A stretch of DNA of 64,000 nucleotides, taken from sequence record NZ_CP086424.1. The stretch is one strand, 5' to 3'. The stretch is from a plasmid. Under the pieces are notes generated by a model. That model was not told the DNA's origin. It saw nothing but the letters and a program-made list of their open reading frames with translations, and ran no database searches. Positions 51,746-61,702 of the stretch are shown here, piece by piece. The position numbers were made by a program, and so were the translations under genes. Each line of letters opens with the position of its first letter. Within the stretch, counting starts at the first letter, position 1.

Positions 51746-52762
51746 ATGAAAAAATCACCTTTGAATTTACTGCTCCTTGCAGCGCTCACGCTGGGGGCAT
51801 CACACCAGGCTTGGGCTCAAGATGGCACAAGACCTGGTTTTTATGAGCGAAAGGAAGAGGGTTGGTTCTGGTACAAGGAAGAGCCCAAAGAACCAGAGAA
51901 AAAACCCGAAAAGCCCAAACCAAAGCCTGTGGCAGAAGCGAAGCCTACACAGCCTAAGCCTGCTGCTCCGCTTCCGAGCGGCCCAGAAATGTTCTCAGCG
52001 GAATGGTTCCGGGAAAACTTACCCAAGTACAAAGACCTTGCTTGGAACAATCCTACCGTTGAAAACGTCAGGACGTTTCTCTACTTGCAACGATTTGCGA
52101 TAGATCGCTCTGAACAATTTTCCGATGCTACAGAGCTGGCGGTCGTAGGTGATCCTTTCTTGGATGAAATTACTCGACGTCCTGCTGCCACGTTTGCCTC
52201 ACAACAAGTTGATCGTGACGCTGGTAACGCCAAAAACATGCTACTCAAAAGCGTAGCCGAACGCGTAGGGATATTCTTCTTCTACAAGTCCGACGATGAC
52301 TACAGTGACTTGCAAGCACCGCTCATCAAGATGTTGGAACAAGGAGAAGGATTCTCGATCATTCCTGTATCTATGGACGGCAAACCACTCCCCAGTGGGC
52401 TTTTCCCCCATTACAAAACCGATGAAGGCCATGCCAAACAACTTGGTATCGTAACTTTCCCTGCTGTTTACCTCGCATCTCCAGACGGTCAGTTCGCTCC
52501 TATAGGACAAGGGCCAATGTCTCTTCCTGAGCTGAATCACAGGATTTTGGTCGCAGCAAAACGCAATGGTTGGGTCACAGACGAAGAGTTTAACCGTACA
52601 CGTCCGGTACTCAACCTGGAAAACAACATAGCCGAACGCTTGGCCTCACCAGAGCTGGGCTCTGACCTCAAACAGCTATCTCAAGCGAGCGGTGATAAAG
52701 ACAACTTTGTGCCACCGGAACAACTCATGAAGTACATCCGGGACAAATTACAGGAGAACTAA
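51746..52762 (+). CDS. traF: F-type conjugative transfer protein TraF (thioredoxin-fold pilus assembly protein)
   Basis: Signal peptide, Pro/Lys/Glu-rich linker, and a TraF-like C-terminal domain. Followed by traH and traG as in IncA/C and SXT/R391 elements. Confidence 0.8.
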   Translation: MKKSPLNLLLLAALTLGASHQAWAQDGTRPGFYERKEEGWFWYKEEPKEPEKKPEKPKPKPVAEAKPTQPKPAAPLPSGPEMFSAEWFRENLPKYKDLAWNNPTVENVRTFLYLQRFAIDRSEQFSDATELAVVGDPFLDEITRRPAATFASQQVDRDAGNAKNMLLKSVAERVGIFFFYKSDDDYSDLQAPLIKMLEQGEGFSIIPVSMDGKPLPSGLFPHYKTDEGHAKQLGIVTFPAVYLASPDGQFAPIGQGPMSLPELNHRILVAAKRNGWVTDEEFNRTRPVLNLENNIAERLASPELGSDLKQLSQASGDKDNFVPPEQLMKYIRDKLQEN

Positions 52763-52763
52763 G

Positions 52764-54197
52764 ATGGTCACGCACAAGACATTAAAAAGGAGCCTGCTTG
52801 CCCTGAGTGTGGCGGCCAGTCTCGTCATGGCACCGACAGGGGCGATAGCCGCTAACGGCCTCCAATCACAGATGGACAAACTCTTCAATGAAATGAGCAA
52901 CACAACACCACCTGGGGTTTATGAAAGCCAACGACGTGGCGTTTTAGCTGGTGGCCGGTTCACTGCAAAGACACGAATCTTCGACGAGAACCTGGTGAGC
53001 TTTGCCCCTCCATCATGGAAAGCTGGTTGCGGTGGTGTAGATCTGTTCGGCGGTTCGCTTTCCTTCATTAACGCGGATCAAATTGTCCAACTCCTTCGGG
53101 CTGTAGCAGCCAACGCCAAGGGCTATGCCTTCCAGCTTGCGCTCGATAACGTTTTCCCGGACGGAGCGAAGTGGATAGAGAACTTCCAGAAGAAAGTGCA
53201 AGCGCTCAACCAACATCTGGGCAACTCCTGCCAGCTCGCTCAAGGTTTCGTGAACGACCTAACCAGCGGCATGGACCTTAAACACAAAACTGATGCTTCT
53301 ATAACCGCGACAACTTCCGGCCTGTATGAAGACTTCTTCGGGTCCAAGCAGGAAACCAGCGGCAAGAGTCCTCTGGAAGAACTGAAAGCCAACAAACCTG
53401 ACGAATACAACAAGATGATTGGCAACATCGTCTGGAAGCAACTCAAGAGCAACAACGCCAACACCTGGTTCCAGTACGGGGATAACACCCTTCTTGAAGC
53501 GATCATGTCTTTAACCGGCACAGTCATCATTGGTGATCTGGTAAACGACCCGAACTCAACCGGCACTGGTGCGAAAACAACCCCTCTGACGACCCTACCA
53601 GGTAACAAGATCACCTTGTCAGACCTGATTTCAGGCGGTTCTGTTGAGATCTATTCCTGTGATTCTGATACGACCAACTGCCTGAGTGCTGGCTCCAGCA
53701 ATAAAACTGTCGTGCTCAAAGGTATCAAGAACCAGATCACCGATATGCTGTTAGGAACAAGCTCTACACCTGGTGTGATCTACAAATACGCAACGAACTC
53801 TGGAACCTTAACCGACCCAGAAAAGGCCTTTGTTTCTAACCTCCCCGGAGGGATTGGCACCATTGTTCGTAACTTGTCTGTCCTTTCACAGGACGGCGCT
53901 AACCTGTTCGCAACAGAGTCATCAGGAGCGATAGCCCTGACCATGATGTATAGCTTCTCGGAAGAGTTCTTCCGCGCAGCTCGCATTGCGATGGCTAACA
54001 GCAAATCACCCTACAAGAAAGAGGCACTAGAGCTTCTCGCGCAATCGCAACAGCAAATCCGTGCTGAATACACAATCCTGTCCTCTCAATACGGCGATCT
54101 GGCAAGCCAAATTGAGAAATACAACAACCTACTGGACAACATCCGCAAGCAAAAATACATGCTGGCAACTTTGTCCAATCCTCCTAGCACGAACTAA
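52764..54197 (+). CDS. traH: conjugative transfer protein TraH (477 aa)
   Basis: Signal peptide and a CGG motif typical of TraH. Gene order traF-traH-traG. Confidence 0.8.
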   Translation: MVTHKTLKRSLLALSVAASLVMAPTGAIAANGLQSQMDKLFNEMSNTTPPGVYESQRRGVLAGGRFTAKTRIFDENLVSFAPPSWKAGCGGVDLFGGSLSFINADQIVQLLRAVAANAKGYAFQLALDNVFPDGAKWIENFQKKVQALNQHLGNSCQLAQGFVNDLTSGMDLKHKTDASITATTSGLYEDFFGSKQETSGKSPLEELKANKPDEYNKMIGNIVWKQLKSNNANTWFQYGDNTLLEAIMSLTGTVIIGDLVNDPNSTGTGAKTTPLTTLPGNKITLSDLISGGSVEIYSCDSDTTNCLSAGSSNKTVVLKGIKNQITDMLLGTSSTPGVIYKYATNSGTLTDPEKAFVSNLPGGIGTIVRNLSVLSQDGANLFATESSGAIALTMMYSFSEEFFRAARIAMANSKSPYKKEALELLAQSQQQIRAEYTILSSQYGDLASQIEKYNNLLDNIRKQKYMLATLSNPPSTN

Positions 54198-54209
54198 GGA
54201 GCTATTGGA

Positions 54210-57200
54210 ATGGGATCTTTTTCAATCCACTCTATCGGTGACTCTGCTTTTCTGGAGCAAATCCTGATTGCAGTATCAATGATCACCGGCACCGGGGATT
54301 TCGAGAAGATGGTCAGTATTGGCCTGCTTCTTGGGGTCTTGATGATCTGTATTCAGTCCGTCTTTCAGGGCGCAAAGCAAATCAACCTCCAGCAAGTGCT
54401 GGTAGGTTGGATTCTATATGCCTGTTTCTTCGGCCCAACCACAACTGTGACTATCGAGGACGCTTATACAGGGCAGGTTCGAGTCGTCGCCAATGTCCCT
54501 ATTGGGGTAGGCTTTGCTGGAGGTGTCATATCCAACGTGGGATACACCATCACCAATTTGTTTGAAACTGGATATGGGGTAATCGTACCCAATGTCACGG
54601 AAAGCCACTTTTCCGAAACACTGAAACTGTTGAATGACGTCAGACGGCGAGCCTATGACACAGGAGTTTTTACTGCGCTTAACTCAGCAAATGGAGGCGG
54701 CTATGTTGACGTGAGGCGTTCCTGGAACAATTACATTCGGGAATGCACGTTAACCAAAGTCGATCTCAACCTAATGTCCCTTGATGAGTTGATGAACCGT
54801 TCAACTGACTCAGCTTTGCGATTCAACTCACAGCTCTACGGAACTAGGTTGTATTTGTCTACAGCAAACCCTGACGGCGCTGACTACACATGTACTGACG
54901 GATGGGTGGCTATTAGCACTGCAACCGCCAACCTAAGCAGCCCGGTTGTTGTTGATGCTCTTAACAGCCTACTGGGTATTGACACGTCAACTGGAGACAA
55001 CGCTCTAACGAAGCTGACCGATTCGCTTCAAGCGATGGGTGCCACAACTACGTCATCAATCGACTATCTGAAAGCCGCCGTTCTGGAGCCCCTCTATTAT
55101 GAAGCCGCAGCAGGACGTTATCAGGACCTCCAGGATTATGGCTCTGCATTGATGGTCAACCAGGCTATTCAGCAACGGAACACACAGTGGGCCGCAGAGC
55201 AGTCGATGTTCATGACCGTCGTCCGACCAATGCTGACGTTCTTTGAAGGCTTTATTTATGCTATAACCCCGATCATTGCTTTTATTATCGTGATGGGCAG
55301 CTTCGGCCTCCAGTTAGCCGGGAAATATGTACAAACCATCCTCTGGATTCAGCTATGGATGCCAGTCCTCTCAATTATAAACCTGTTTGTTCATACCGCC
55401 GCGTCAAATGAGATGTCTAGCCTCAGTGCTGGTGGTCTCAACTCCATGTACGCTCTTTCCTCAACTGGAGATGTTCTGCAACACTGGATTGCAACCGGCG
55501 GCATGTTGGCTGCGGCCACTCCGGTGATTTCCCTGTTTATCGTCACAGGTAGCACCTACGCCTTCACCAGCTTGGCATCGAGAATAAGTGGTTCTGACCA
55601 CGTTGACGAAAAGATGCAAACGCCAGATCTACTCAAGCAAGGTCCGGTTATGCAAAGTCAGCCAGCGTACAATCACAACCAGTTCAGTGGTGCGATTGCA
55701 AACGGCGCAGAAAGCATGATCAGTACCTTCTCGCTTGGCTCCACCTTGGCATCAGGCGTGAGCTCCGCACAGGCATTACAAAGTCAGAAATCGGAGGCTT
55801 TCCAAAGCACTCTTGGTCGAGGTTTTTCTGATGGAGTAAGTCAGGATCAAGCCTATTCAAGACTCTCCAATGTCGGGCGCAACGTTTCGTCGCAAAACAC
55901 AGCTCAAAGCCAATTGATCAACCAGCAAGCCAAGAACTTCATGGATAAGTTCCAGGTGGATGATAGCCACTCTGATGCTGTCAAAGGTGCTTTTGCCATG
56001 CAGGCTATGGGCACACTCGATGTTGACGAAGCTGCGTCCATGCTTATGCCTATGGTTGGCAAGGCCAGGGCAGCAATGAAGGCCGCTGCTGGTGTGAAAT
56101 CAAACAGTACAGCCCTAGTTCCTGCTGGTGGTAATGGCGAATCAGGCGGCGGCAGTGATGTCCTGGACATCAAAGCGCAAGCGAAGGGAGCAACAGAGTC
56201 ATCAACTCAAGACTCTTCAAGCTGGTCAGCGAGTGATGTGTCCCAGTTCATGAAGGGTGTGAGCTATTCGCAAACCGATAGCCAGGCGTTGACAAATCAA
56301 TTAGCGCAGGGTTTCAGCCGTTCTGGAAGCGAGTCATTCAAGCAAACCTGGGGCGATAGCTTATCCCAGAACCTATCCAAGTCCGCTTCTGAACTGGTGT
56401 CTGCATCGGACACCTTCACAACAATGAGTCAGCTCCAAAACCAAATGGGCTCCATGACTAATACCGACTTTAAAACTCTCGGTGGTGCAGTAGCACAAAC
56501 CCCTGCGGCCATGAACCAACTGAATGACTATTTCCGAAATGCCGCGCCGCAATCGGTTAAAGACGAGGCGGCTTCACTACAGCAAAGATACCAAGCCTAC
56601 GGAATGTCTCCTCAAGTGGCCCAGGCAGCAGCGCGAATGACAGCAATGACCAACTCCAAAAATTACGAACAGGGTAAGGAGCTTGGCGGGTATCAAGCCG
56701 CACTACAGGCGATCAATACCGCGTCCGGTCGCAACGGAGCATTTAGTGGTGATGCTTACGGAAATAACGGCATTGAAGGCCCGAATGTTCAAGGCCTACC
56801 AGGTCAGGTTCAAGGGGCTGTAGGCAGTGGACCTAACATCCCAACCGGATTCCGGGAGAATGTGGCTGGGATGGCTGGAACTAATCCGGCATCAGAAGCT
56901 GGGCAGTTACCAACGAATAGCCCCCTTGTTCAAAATGAACATGCAGCCGGTACGTCAGCTCTTCATAACCAAGCACAGCAAACAGAGCGAAATGTATCTG
57001 CTCCTGAACTGAAAAAAGCCCAAGATAACCTTATGAACTCGCTTCCGGAAATGTCTTGGAGCGCTTCGGCGTGGGGAGCGTGGGACAACTCCAGTGATTG
57101 GATGGGCCGCAGAGCTGAACAAGCAGGTGGAGCTCTCATTGCTGGTGGTCAAGCTGGCGCTGATGCGTTCTCAAGAGCGATGGATCAAATGAGAACGATG

Positions 57201-57824
57201 ACACCTGAACAACGCGACCAATTCATCGCGGCCACTCAACGCGGCGACCAGGCCGTGCAAGAGGAGTTTGGCTGGGCCGGTGATGCGATGGTCGGTATGG
57301 CTAAACTTGGCCGCAACGTCATGGGAGCTGCTGCAAGCGGCTATGATGCAGCGAAGGAGTGGTTAACTGGTAAATCTGATCTATCGGAAGCCGCTAAAGG
57401 GATGAGCATTGAGGAACGCGGCGCGTTCTATGCAGCAGCGCTATCCTCTGCCGCAGAAGCTGGTGGTGGAGCCGCGCAGCAGTTTATGAACCAGTACGGT
57501 GATGAGTTCAAAGAAACGATGCAGTCTATCGCTCAAAGCCGTTATGGGCTGACTGAATCCCAAGCCGCTGTTTATGCCGAATCGTTTGACACAAACGAAG
57601 GTCGCATGAACCAGGCTGTTCAGAATCTGAAAATGGAGTATGCAGAACGTAACCCGGATGGCTCACCGATGATGCAAGGAGGTCAGCCTGTTCTTTCTCA
57701 GCAAAACGAAGAGTTTACGGACAAGCTGGTAAACGTATTGCAGAACTCGACGGAAGCTGGAGACCGTTCAGGTAGCTATTTGACTGCCGTCAGGGGGTAC
57801 AACATAGCAAATCAAAGGTTCTAA
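54210..57824 (+). CDS. traG: conjugative transfer/mating-pair stabilisation protein TraG (1204 aa)
   Basis: Polytopic N-terminal membrane domain plus a large Ala/Gln/Ser-rich periplasmic C-terminal region. F-type TraG architecture. Confidence 0.85.
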   Translation: MGSFSIHSIGDSAFLEQILIAVSMITGTGDFEKMVSIGLLLGVLMICIQSVFQGAKQINLQQVLVGWILYACFFGPTTTVTIEDAYTGQVRVVANVPIGVGFAGGVISNVGYTITNLFETGYGVIVPNVTESHFSETLKLLNDVRRRAYDTGVFTALNSANGGGYVDVRRSWNNYIRECTLTKVDLNLMSLDELMNRSTDSALRFNSQLYGTRLYLSTANPDGADYTCTDGWVAISTATANLSSPVVVDALNSLLGIDTSTGDNALTKLTDSLQAMGATTTSSIDYLKAAVLEPLYYEAAAGRYQDLQDYGSALMVNQAIQQRNTQWAAEQSMFMTVVRPMLTFFEGFIYAITPIIAFIIVMGSFGLQLAGKYVQTILWIQLWMPVLSIINLFVHTAASNEMSSLSAGGLNSMYALSSTGDVLQHWIATGGMLAAATPVISLFIVTGSTYAFTSLASRISGSDHVDEKMQTPDLLKQGPVMQSQPAYNHNQFSGAIANGAESMISTFSLGSTLASGVSSAQALQSQKSEAFQSTLGRGFSDGVSQDQAYSRLSNVGRNVSSQNTAQSQLINQQAKNFMDKFQVDDSHSDAVKGAFAMQAMGTLDVDEAASMLMPMVGKARAAMKAAAGVKSNSTALVPAGGNGESGGGSDVLDIKAQAKGATESSTQDSSSWSASDVSQFMKGVSYSQTDSQALTNQLAQGFSRSGSESFKQTWGDSLSQNLSKSASELVSASDTFTTMSQLQNQMGSMTNTDFKTLGGAVAQTPAAMNQLNDYFRNAAPQSVKDEAASLQQRYQAYGMSPQVAQAAARMTAMTNSKNYEQGKELGGYQAALQAINTASGRNGAFSGDAYGNNGIEGPNVQGLPGQVQGAVGSGPNIPTGFRENVAGMAGTNPASEAGQLPTNSPLVQNEHAAGTSALHNQAQQTERNVSAPELKKAQDNLMNSLPEMSWSASAWGAWDNSSDWMGRRAEQAGGALIAGGQAGADAFSRAMDQMRTMTPEQRDQFIAATQRGDQAVQEEFGWAGDAMVGMAKLGRNVMGAAASGYDAAKEWLTGKSDLSEAAKGMSIEERGAFYAAALSSAAEAGGGAAQQFMNQYGDEFKETMQSIAQSRYGLTESQAAVYAESFDTNEGRMNQAVQNLKMEYAERNPDGSPMMQGGQPVLSQQNEEFTDKLVNVLQNSTEAGDRSGSYLTAVRGYNIANQRF

Positions 57825-57861
57825 AAGACCAACCAAATAATAAGGGGGCCAGCAGGCCCCC

Positions 57862-58224
57862 TTATTCGTCTCCAGCTCCAATATGGAAGCGCTGGTCAAA
57901 ATCATAGGAATCTTGAAACCCACCAGTTTGTTTTTTTCTGCGCCGGGTAGGTGGTGCCTCTTTATATGCTGACCGCGCAACGCGGATAAAGCACGTTAGT
58001 CCAAACAGAGCCCCGACAACCAAAGCAACTTGCCACTGGAAGTAAGCGATCCCTCCCCAAAAGATAACAGCAGCCCAAAGGCTTTTGTGAACCAGAAATA
58101 GGAAACGAGCACCCCAAACGCCGAAGGGAGCCAGCGCCACACCAAGTCCCCAAGGTGTGTCAGCCATCATGGCTATTCCCAGAAGCACCATTCCCAGCAG
58201 AAGAATATTGACCACATGTTTCAT
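57862..58224 (-). CDS. eex: inner-membrane entry-exclusion protein (Eex-like, 120 aa)
   Basis: Convergent with, and immediately downstream of, traG. Three TM helices and a basic C-tail. Confidence 0.6.
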   Translation of the reverse strand: MKHVVNILLLGMVLLGIAMMADTPWGLGVALAPFGVWGARFLFLVHKSLWAAVIFWGGIAYFQWQVALVVGALFGLTCFIRVARSAYKEAPPTRRRKKQTGGFQDSYDFDQRFHIGAGDE

Positions 58225-58346
58225 ATCAACCCCCTTACTCTTTACCTCCAGTTTACCACGGCATCAAAAAATGCAACTGTGAAAGTTTGACTATTTTTTG
58301 CTAAACAACCATTCCATTGGCAACTTCTTCGATTAGAATTTGCCCT

Positions 58347-58370
58347 CAAACTTTCACATGTGAAAGTTTG
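58347..58370 (+). promoter_or_regulatory. 24-bp perfect palindrome CAAACTTTCACATGTGAAAGTTTG (plus half-site TGTGAAAGTTTG at 58278-58289)
   Basis: Intergenic, between eex and the Ner-like gene. Confidence 0.6.
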
Positions 58371-58939
58371 CCCTTACGGAACAAGGCGTTTATTGACAAA
58401 GCATTACATAGTTGAACATGTCAAACAAATCGCATACACTATGGAATAGGCCATTGCTAACGCTTTGGTCCCCATCTGCAACACCGCAGAGTTCTCTTTC
58501 TCAAATATCTCTTTCTGTAAACACCATCATCCTTGTGTGGTCGGGATGCGCCTTTGCCTTCCCTGCCCTCCTCAGCTCCTGCTGTATTCGCAATTTCAGC
58601 CCTCGCTGTATCCCTAAAATCACTTATACCTAAACGCTATTTAATATCACAAAATACCGCACTCCCCGTGCGCTATTTCCGCCATTCTTTTGGCGCACTT
58701 TCCATTACTATCGCAAAAATATCCGTATCCCATTGATTACTAAAAGTATTGTAACTTTGTTCCGTCGGTACAAAGTTAAGTGTATGTTTTTAAAGGTTTT
58801 TTATTGTTGACAGCATCATTATTTGGGCTTGTAAAGGCGCAAAATGTGTCAGTTTGTGACAATAGAAGAACTCTAAAAGCGTTCATCGAATAACGCACTT
58901 TTTGTATGGCTAACAACGCAGTTTAAAGGGTGGCAAACA

Positions 58940-59212
58940 ATGGATAAATGCCAATTGATAGACATCCCAAGCGACCCAGAGAAGAAACGTGAGTGGATCA
59001 AGTACAAACTCAAGATCCAGGGGCTTTCTCTGGCCGCATTGGGCAGAAAACACAAAACATCTCGGCAGGTGGTGTCTACGGCACTCTATAAGCCCAGTCC
59101 ACGCTGGGAACATGAGATAGCTACAGCTTTGGGTGTGAAGCCGTCTGAGATTTGGCCGGAGCGGTACGACGAAGAACACGAAATACCCCTCAGACATAAG
59201 GAGGCAAGCTGA
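58940..59212 (+). CDS. acr1: Ner/Nlp-like small DNA-binding protein (90 aa; Acr1-like)
   Basis: MDKCQLIDIPSDPEKKREWIKYKLKIQGLSLAALGRKHKTSRQVVSTALYKPSPRWEHEIATALGVKPSEIWPERY, the Mu Ner family. Confidence 0.75.
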   Translation: MDKCQLIDIPSDPEKKREWIKYKLKIQGLSLAALGRKHKTSRQVVSTALYKPSPRWEHEIATALGVKPSEIWPERYDEEHEIPLRHKEAS

Positions 59213-59745
59213 TGAAGAACAAAGCCAAGGCGCTAGTTCTGTCTGCGGCTCTCCTTTCATCAACAGCGAATGCTATTGACCTGAGCGGAACCATCTTCGA
59301 CAAAGCAGCGAAAGCATATAACCTCGACCCTCTTCTAGTGTATTCGGTCGCATTGGCCGAATCTGCATCAGGGAGAGGTAATGGCTCTATAAGTCCTTGG
59401 CCTTGGACGCTTCGCGTTCCTGGGCTTCCTTTCTATGCTAAGTCGGAAGATCAGGCAAAGGCTAAGCTCGCTGAGTTTCAGCAGCAGTACGGTCGTGCCA
59501 TTGATGTCGGGTTTATGCAAGTGAGCATCCGGTGGAATGGTCATAGAGTTTCTTCTCCAGCAGATCTTCTCGACCCAGAGACCAACGTCATGGTTGGGGC
59601 AGAGGTGCTATCAGAAGCCATTCAGTCATCTCCAAATGACTTGGAGCTTGGCGTTGGCCGCTATCACGCCTGGGAAGACGAAATCCGAGCCAGAAACTAT
59701 GGTAGCCGAGTCTTGGCTATCTATCGCAACCTTCGTGATTTGTGA
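59212..59745 (+). CDS. lytic transglycosylase (SLT domain, 177 aa, signal peptide)
   Basis: LLVYSVALAESASG...DVGFMQV SLT catalytic motif. Confidence 0.75.
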   Translation: MKNKAKALVLSAALLSSTANAIDLSGTIFDKAAKAYNLDPLLVYSVALAESASGRGNGSISPWPWTLRVPGLPFYAKSEDQAKAKLAEFQQQYGRAIDVGFMQVSIRWNGHRVSSPADLLDPETNVMVGAEVLSEAIQSSPNDLELGVGRYHAWEDEIRARNYGSRVLAIYRNLRDL

Positions 59746-59755
59746 GGGGGGCGGA

Positions 59756-60364
59756 ATGTTGGAACTGGATATTATTGGTGCGTGGGATGCAAGAGCCGTC
59801 AACCTCGATCAAGAAGAAGCTGATAGAAACGTCTACGAGTTCGATCTGACATTGTGGAACCTGCTATCCACTCTGGCAAAAGAACGTCCAGATGATGCGG
59901 CCTCACAATTTTCTTTGGGCATGGACACCGTTCAAAAGCTGTCACTGGCAACACCTTCCCAATTGGAAGCTCTGGCCTCTGGCGTGTTGATCTCTTTCAA
60001 ACTCGAAACAGCAGAGCAGAACATCATCACGCGACTCTCTGGCGACTACGACCCTGTAGTTTTTATCAACCATAGTGTTGATGAATTTGATGCTGCCTAC
60101 TGGTTGCTATTTAACCGCGTCGCATCGAGAGACCCGGAGATGGCAAAGGAAGTTTTCGGGGTTTCGAGAGAGCTTGCGGAGCTGGTGGCTAAGGCAACAG
60201 ACAGCCAGTTGCGCCACATGTCTGGAACAACGGTTACGCATTTTACGCTTCGTTTTGCTCCGAGCATCATTGAAGAAATTCTCGATGACAGCCGGGAAGA
60301 GTTAACACACCCGGTATTGAAAAAACTGCAACAGTCTCTACAGGGACGTGGGAGGTGGAGATGA
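59756..60364 (+). CDS. acaD: FlhD-like transcriptional activator subunit (AcaD/SetD-like)
   Basis: GAGGGGGG RBS. Immediately precedes and overlaps the FlhC-like gene. Sits between a Ner-like and an H-NS-like repressor gene, as in IncA/C elements. Confidence 0.6.
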   Translation: MLELDIIGAWDARAVNLDQEEADRNVYEFDLTLWNLLSTLAKERPDDAASQFSLGMDTVQKLSLATPSQLEALASGVLISFKLETAEQNIITRLSGDYDPVVFINHSVDEFDAAYWLLFNRVASRDPEMAKEVFGVSRELAELVAKATDSQLRHMSGTTVTHFTLRFAPSIIEEILDDSREELTHPVLKKLQQSLQGRGRWR

Positions 60365-60912
60365 ACATTGGCAACTCTGGTACATTGGGTCGCTGGGTTA
60401 CAGCTCGACACATGGCCCTTGCTGGGTACATCACAAAAATCATCATGATCGAGACTGGTCTGACCTACAAACAGGTCAGACGGCTTTACCAGGATCTGGA
60501 GAGGGACGGATATACTCTGGAACGAAAATCCAGAACTTTCCGGGGTGGTGCGACACTGATTCATAGTCACACATCCAAGATACAGGCCTCTCTTCTAATG
60601 CAGCTCTACTTCAACATTGGTGGAGAAGCCGTGTTGCGGTCTGTGAACATCAAAGCCTTGAACAAGGCATTTAGAATGTATCACGCAATCCGCAAAGAAG
60701 TGCCCGGAATGAAAGGTGCTCGGTGGGCTCCGTTTGATATTACTGATGCCTGGTGTCTTGCTTCGGAGCTGAGAAGTGGGGACGCAATGCTGGAGGTGTG
60801 CGACAACTGCAAGTGTACGTACTTCACCTCTGTTAATCAAAGAACCTGCGTTGAATGTCCGTTCTGCAAAGAACAAGGAAGGCATGGTGGTGGGGAGAAA
60901 GAGTGTGCTTGA
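60355..60912 (+). CDS. acaC: FlhC-like transcriptional activator subunit (AcaC/SetC-like, 185 aa)
   Basis: FlhC-like fold with a C-terminal zinc-binding cysteine cluster CDNCKCTYFTSVNQRTCVECPFC. Confidence 0.7.
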   Translation: MEMNIGNSGTLGRWVTARHMALAGYITKIIMIETGLTYKQVRRLYQDLERDGYTLERKSRTFRGGATLIHSHTSKIQASLLMQLYFNIGGEAVLRSVNIKALNKAFRMYHAIRKEVPGMKGARWAPFDITDAWCLASELRSGDAMLEVCDNCKCTYFTSVNQRTCVECPFCKEQGRHGGGEKECA

Positions 60913-60971
60913 GTAGACTATGACATTTCGGACCAGAAGATGAGCGCCCAAACTTTGCGGCGCTCATTTTT

Positions 60972-61391
60972 TTACTTCTTCTGTGGGATACGGTAGCGCT
61001 CCAGCTCGACAGCTCCCAACCCCTTGAAAGCATCCGGGCGACGTCCTTGCCCACTCCACGAAACTCCGTCTTTTGAATATTTAGCATTATCAGGTTCTGA
61101 TCTGCTCGTGAACATTTCGTTGAGCAAGCCGATGTCCACACCGCAGGATTCCATGTCGCTCATTATTCGCTCAGCCTGAGCTCGCTTTTCTTTTTCTTCT
61201 TCTTCTCGCTTTTTGTACTCTTCCTCCAGTTCATTGAGAACGCCCTTCATTCTGTCAATGATCTCCCGAACTTCATCTAACGGGAGTCCTCGCAACAGGG
61301 TGCGAATGCGGCTTTTACGCTTTAACTCTGCGATTATTAACTCTCTACGTTCAGCCGCTGATAGCGTAGAGAACTCCTCGTGGTCTTTCAT
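60972..61391 (-). CDS. acr2: H-NS-like nucleoid-associated protein (139 aa; Acr2-like)
   Basis: N-terminal coiled coil and C-terminal H-NS DNA-binding motif VSWSGQGRRPDAF. Confidence 0.8.
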   Translation of the reverse strand: MKDHEEFSTLSAAERRELIIAELKRKSRIRTLLRGLPLDEVREIIDRMKGVLNELEEEYKKREEEEKEKRAQAERIMSDMESCGVDIGLLNEMFTSRSEPDNAKYSKDGVSWSGQGRRPDAFKGLGAVELERYRIPQKK

Positions 61392-61392
61392 G

Positions 61393-61686
61393 TCATACGG
61401 AGCCCATCAGTTTTCCTTTAAGTGAATCACGTTGAGAGTTCAGTTTTGCGTCAGTCTGCACTGGCGAATTTTGATGCTGTGCAGGTTGACTCTCTGAACT
61501 CTGTTGCTCAAAAGACCCAATGTTGCCAGAAAATCGAAGAGAATAAAGACCCAATAGAGCAAGGGCGCGGAGCCGATCACTACGCGCCTTATGCTGCATC
61601 TGGGACAGTTCACGATAGAGCTCCGGAAAGGCTTGCTCCGATATGTTCAGATTAGATATTTTTCCATCCCATTTGCTACCAGCCAC
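61393..61686 (-). CDS. hypothetical protein (97 aa) downstream of parM-like gene
   Basis: It is coupled to the parM-like gene upstream and to the hns-like gene downstream. Confidence 0.4.
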   Translation of the reverse strand: MAGSKWDGKISNLNISEQAFPELYRELSQMQHKARSDRLRALALLGLYSLRFSGNIGSFEQQSSESQPAQHQNSPVQTDAKLNSQRDSLKGKLMGSV

Positions 61687-61702
61687 AACGACCTCCTATC
61701 TA

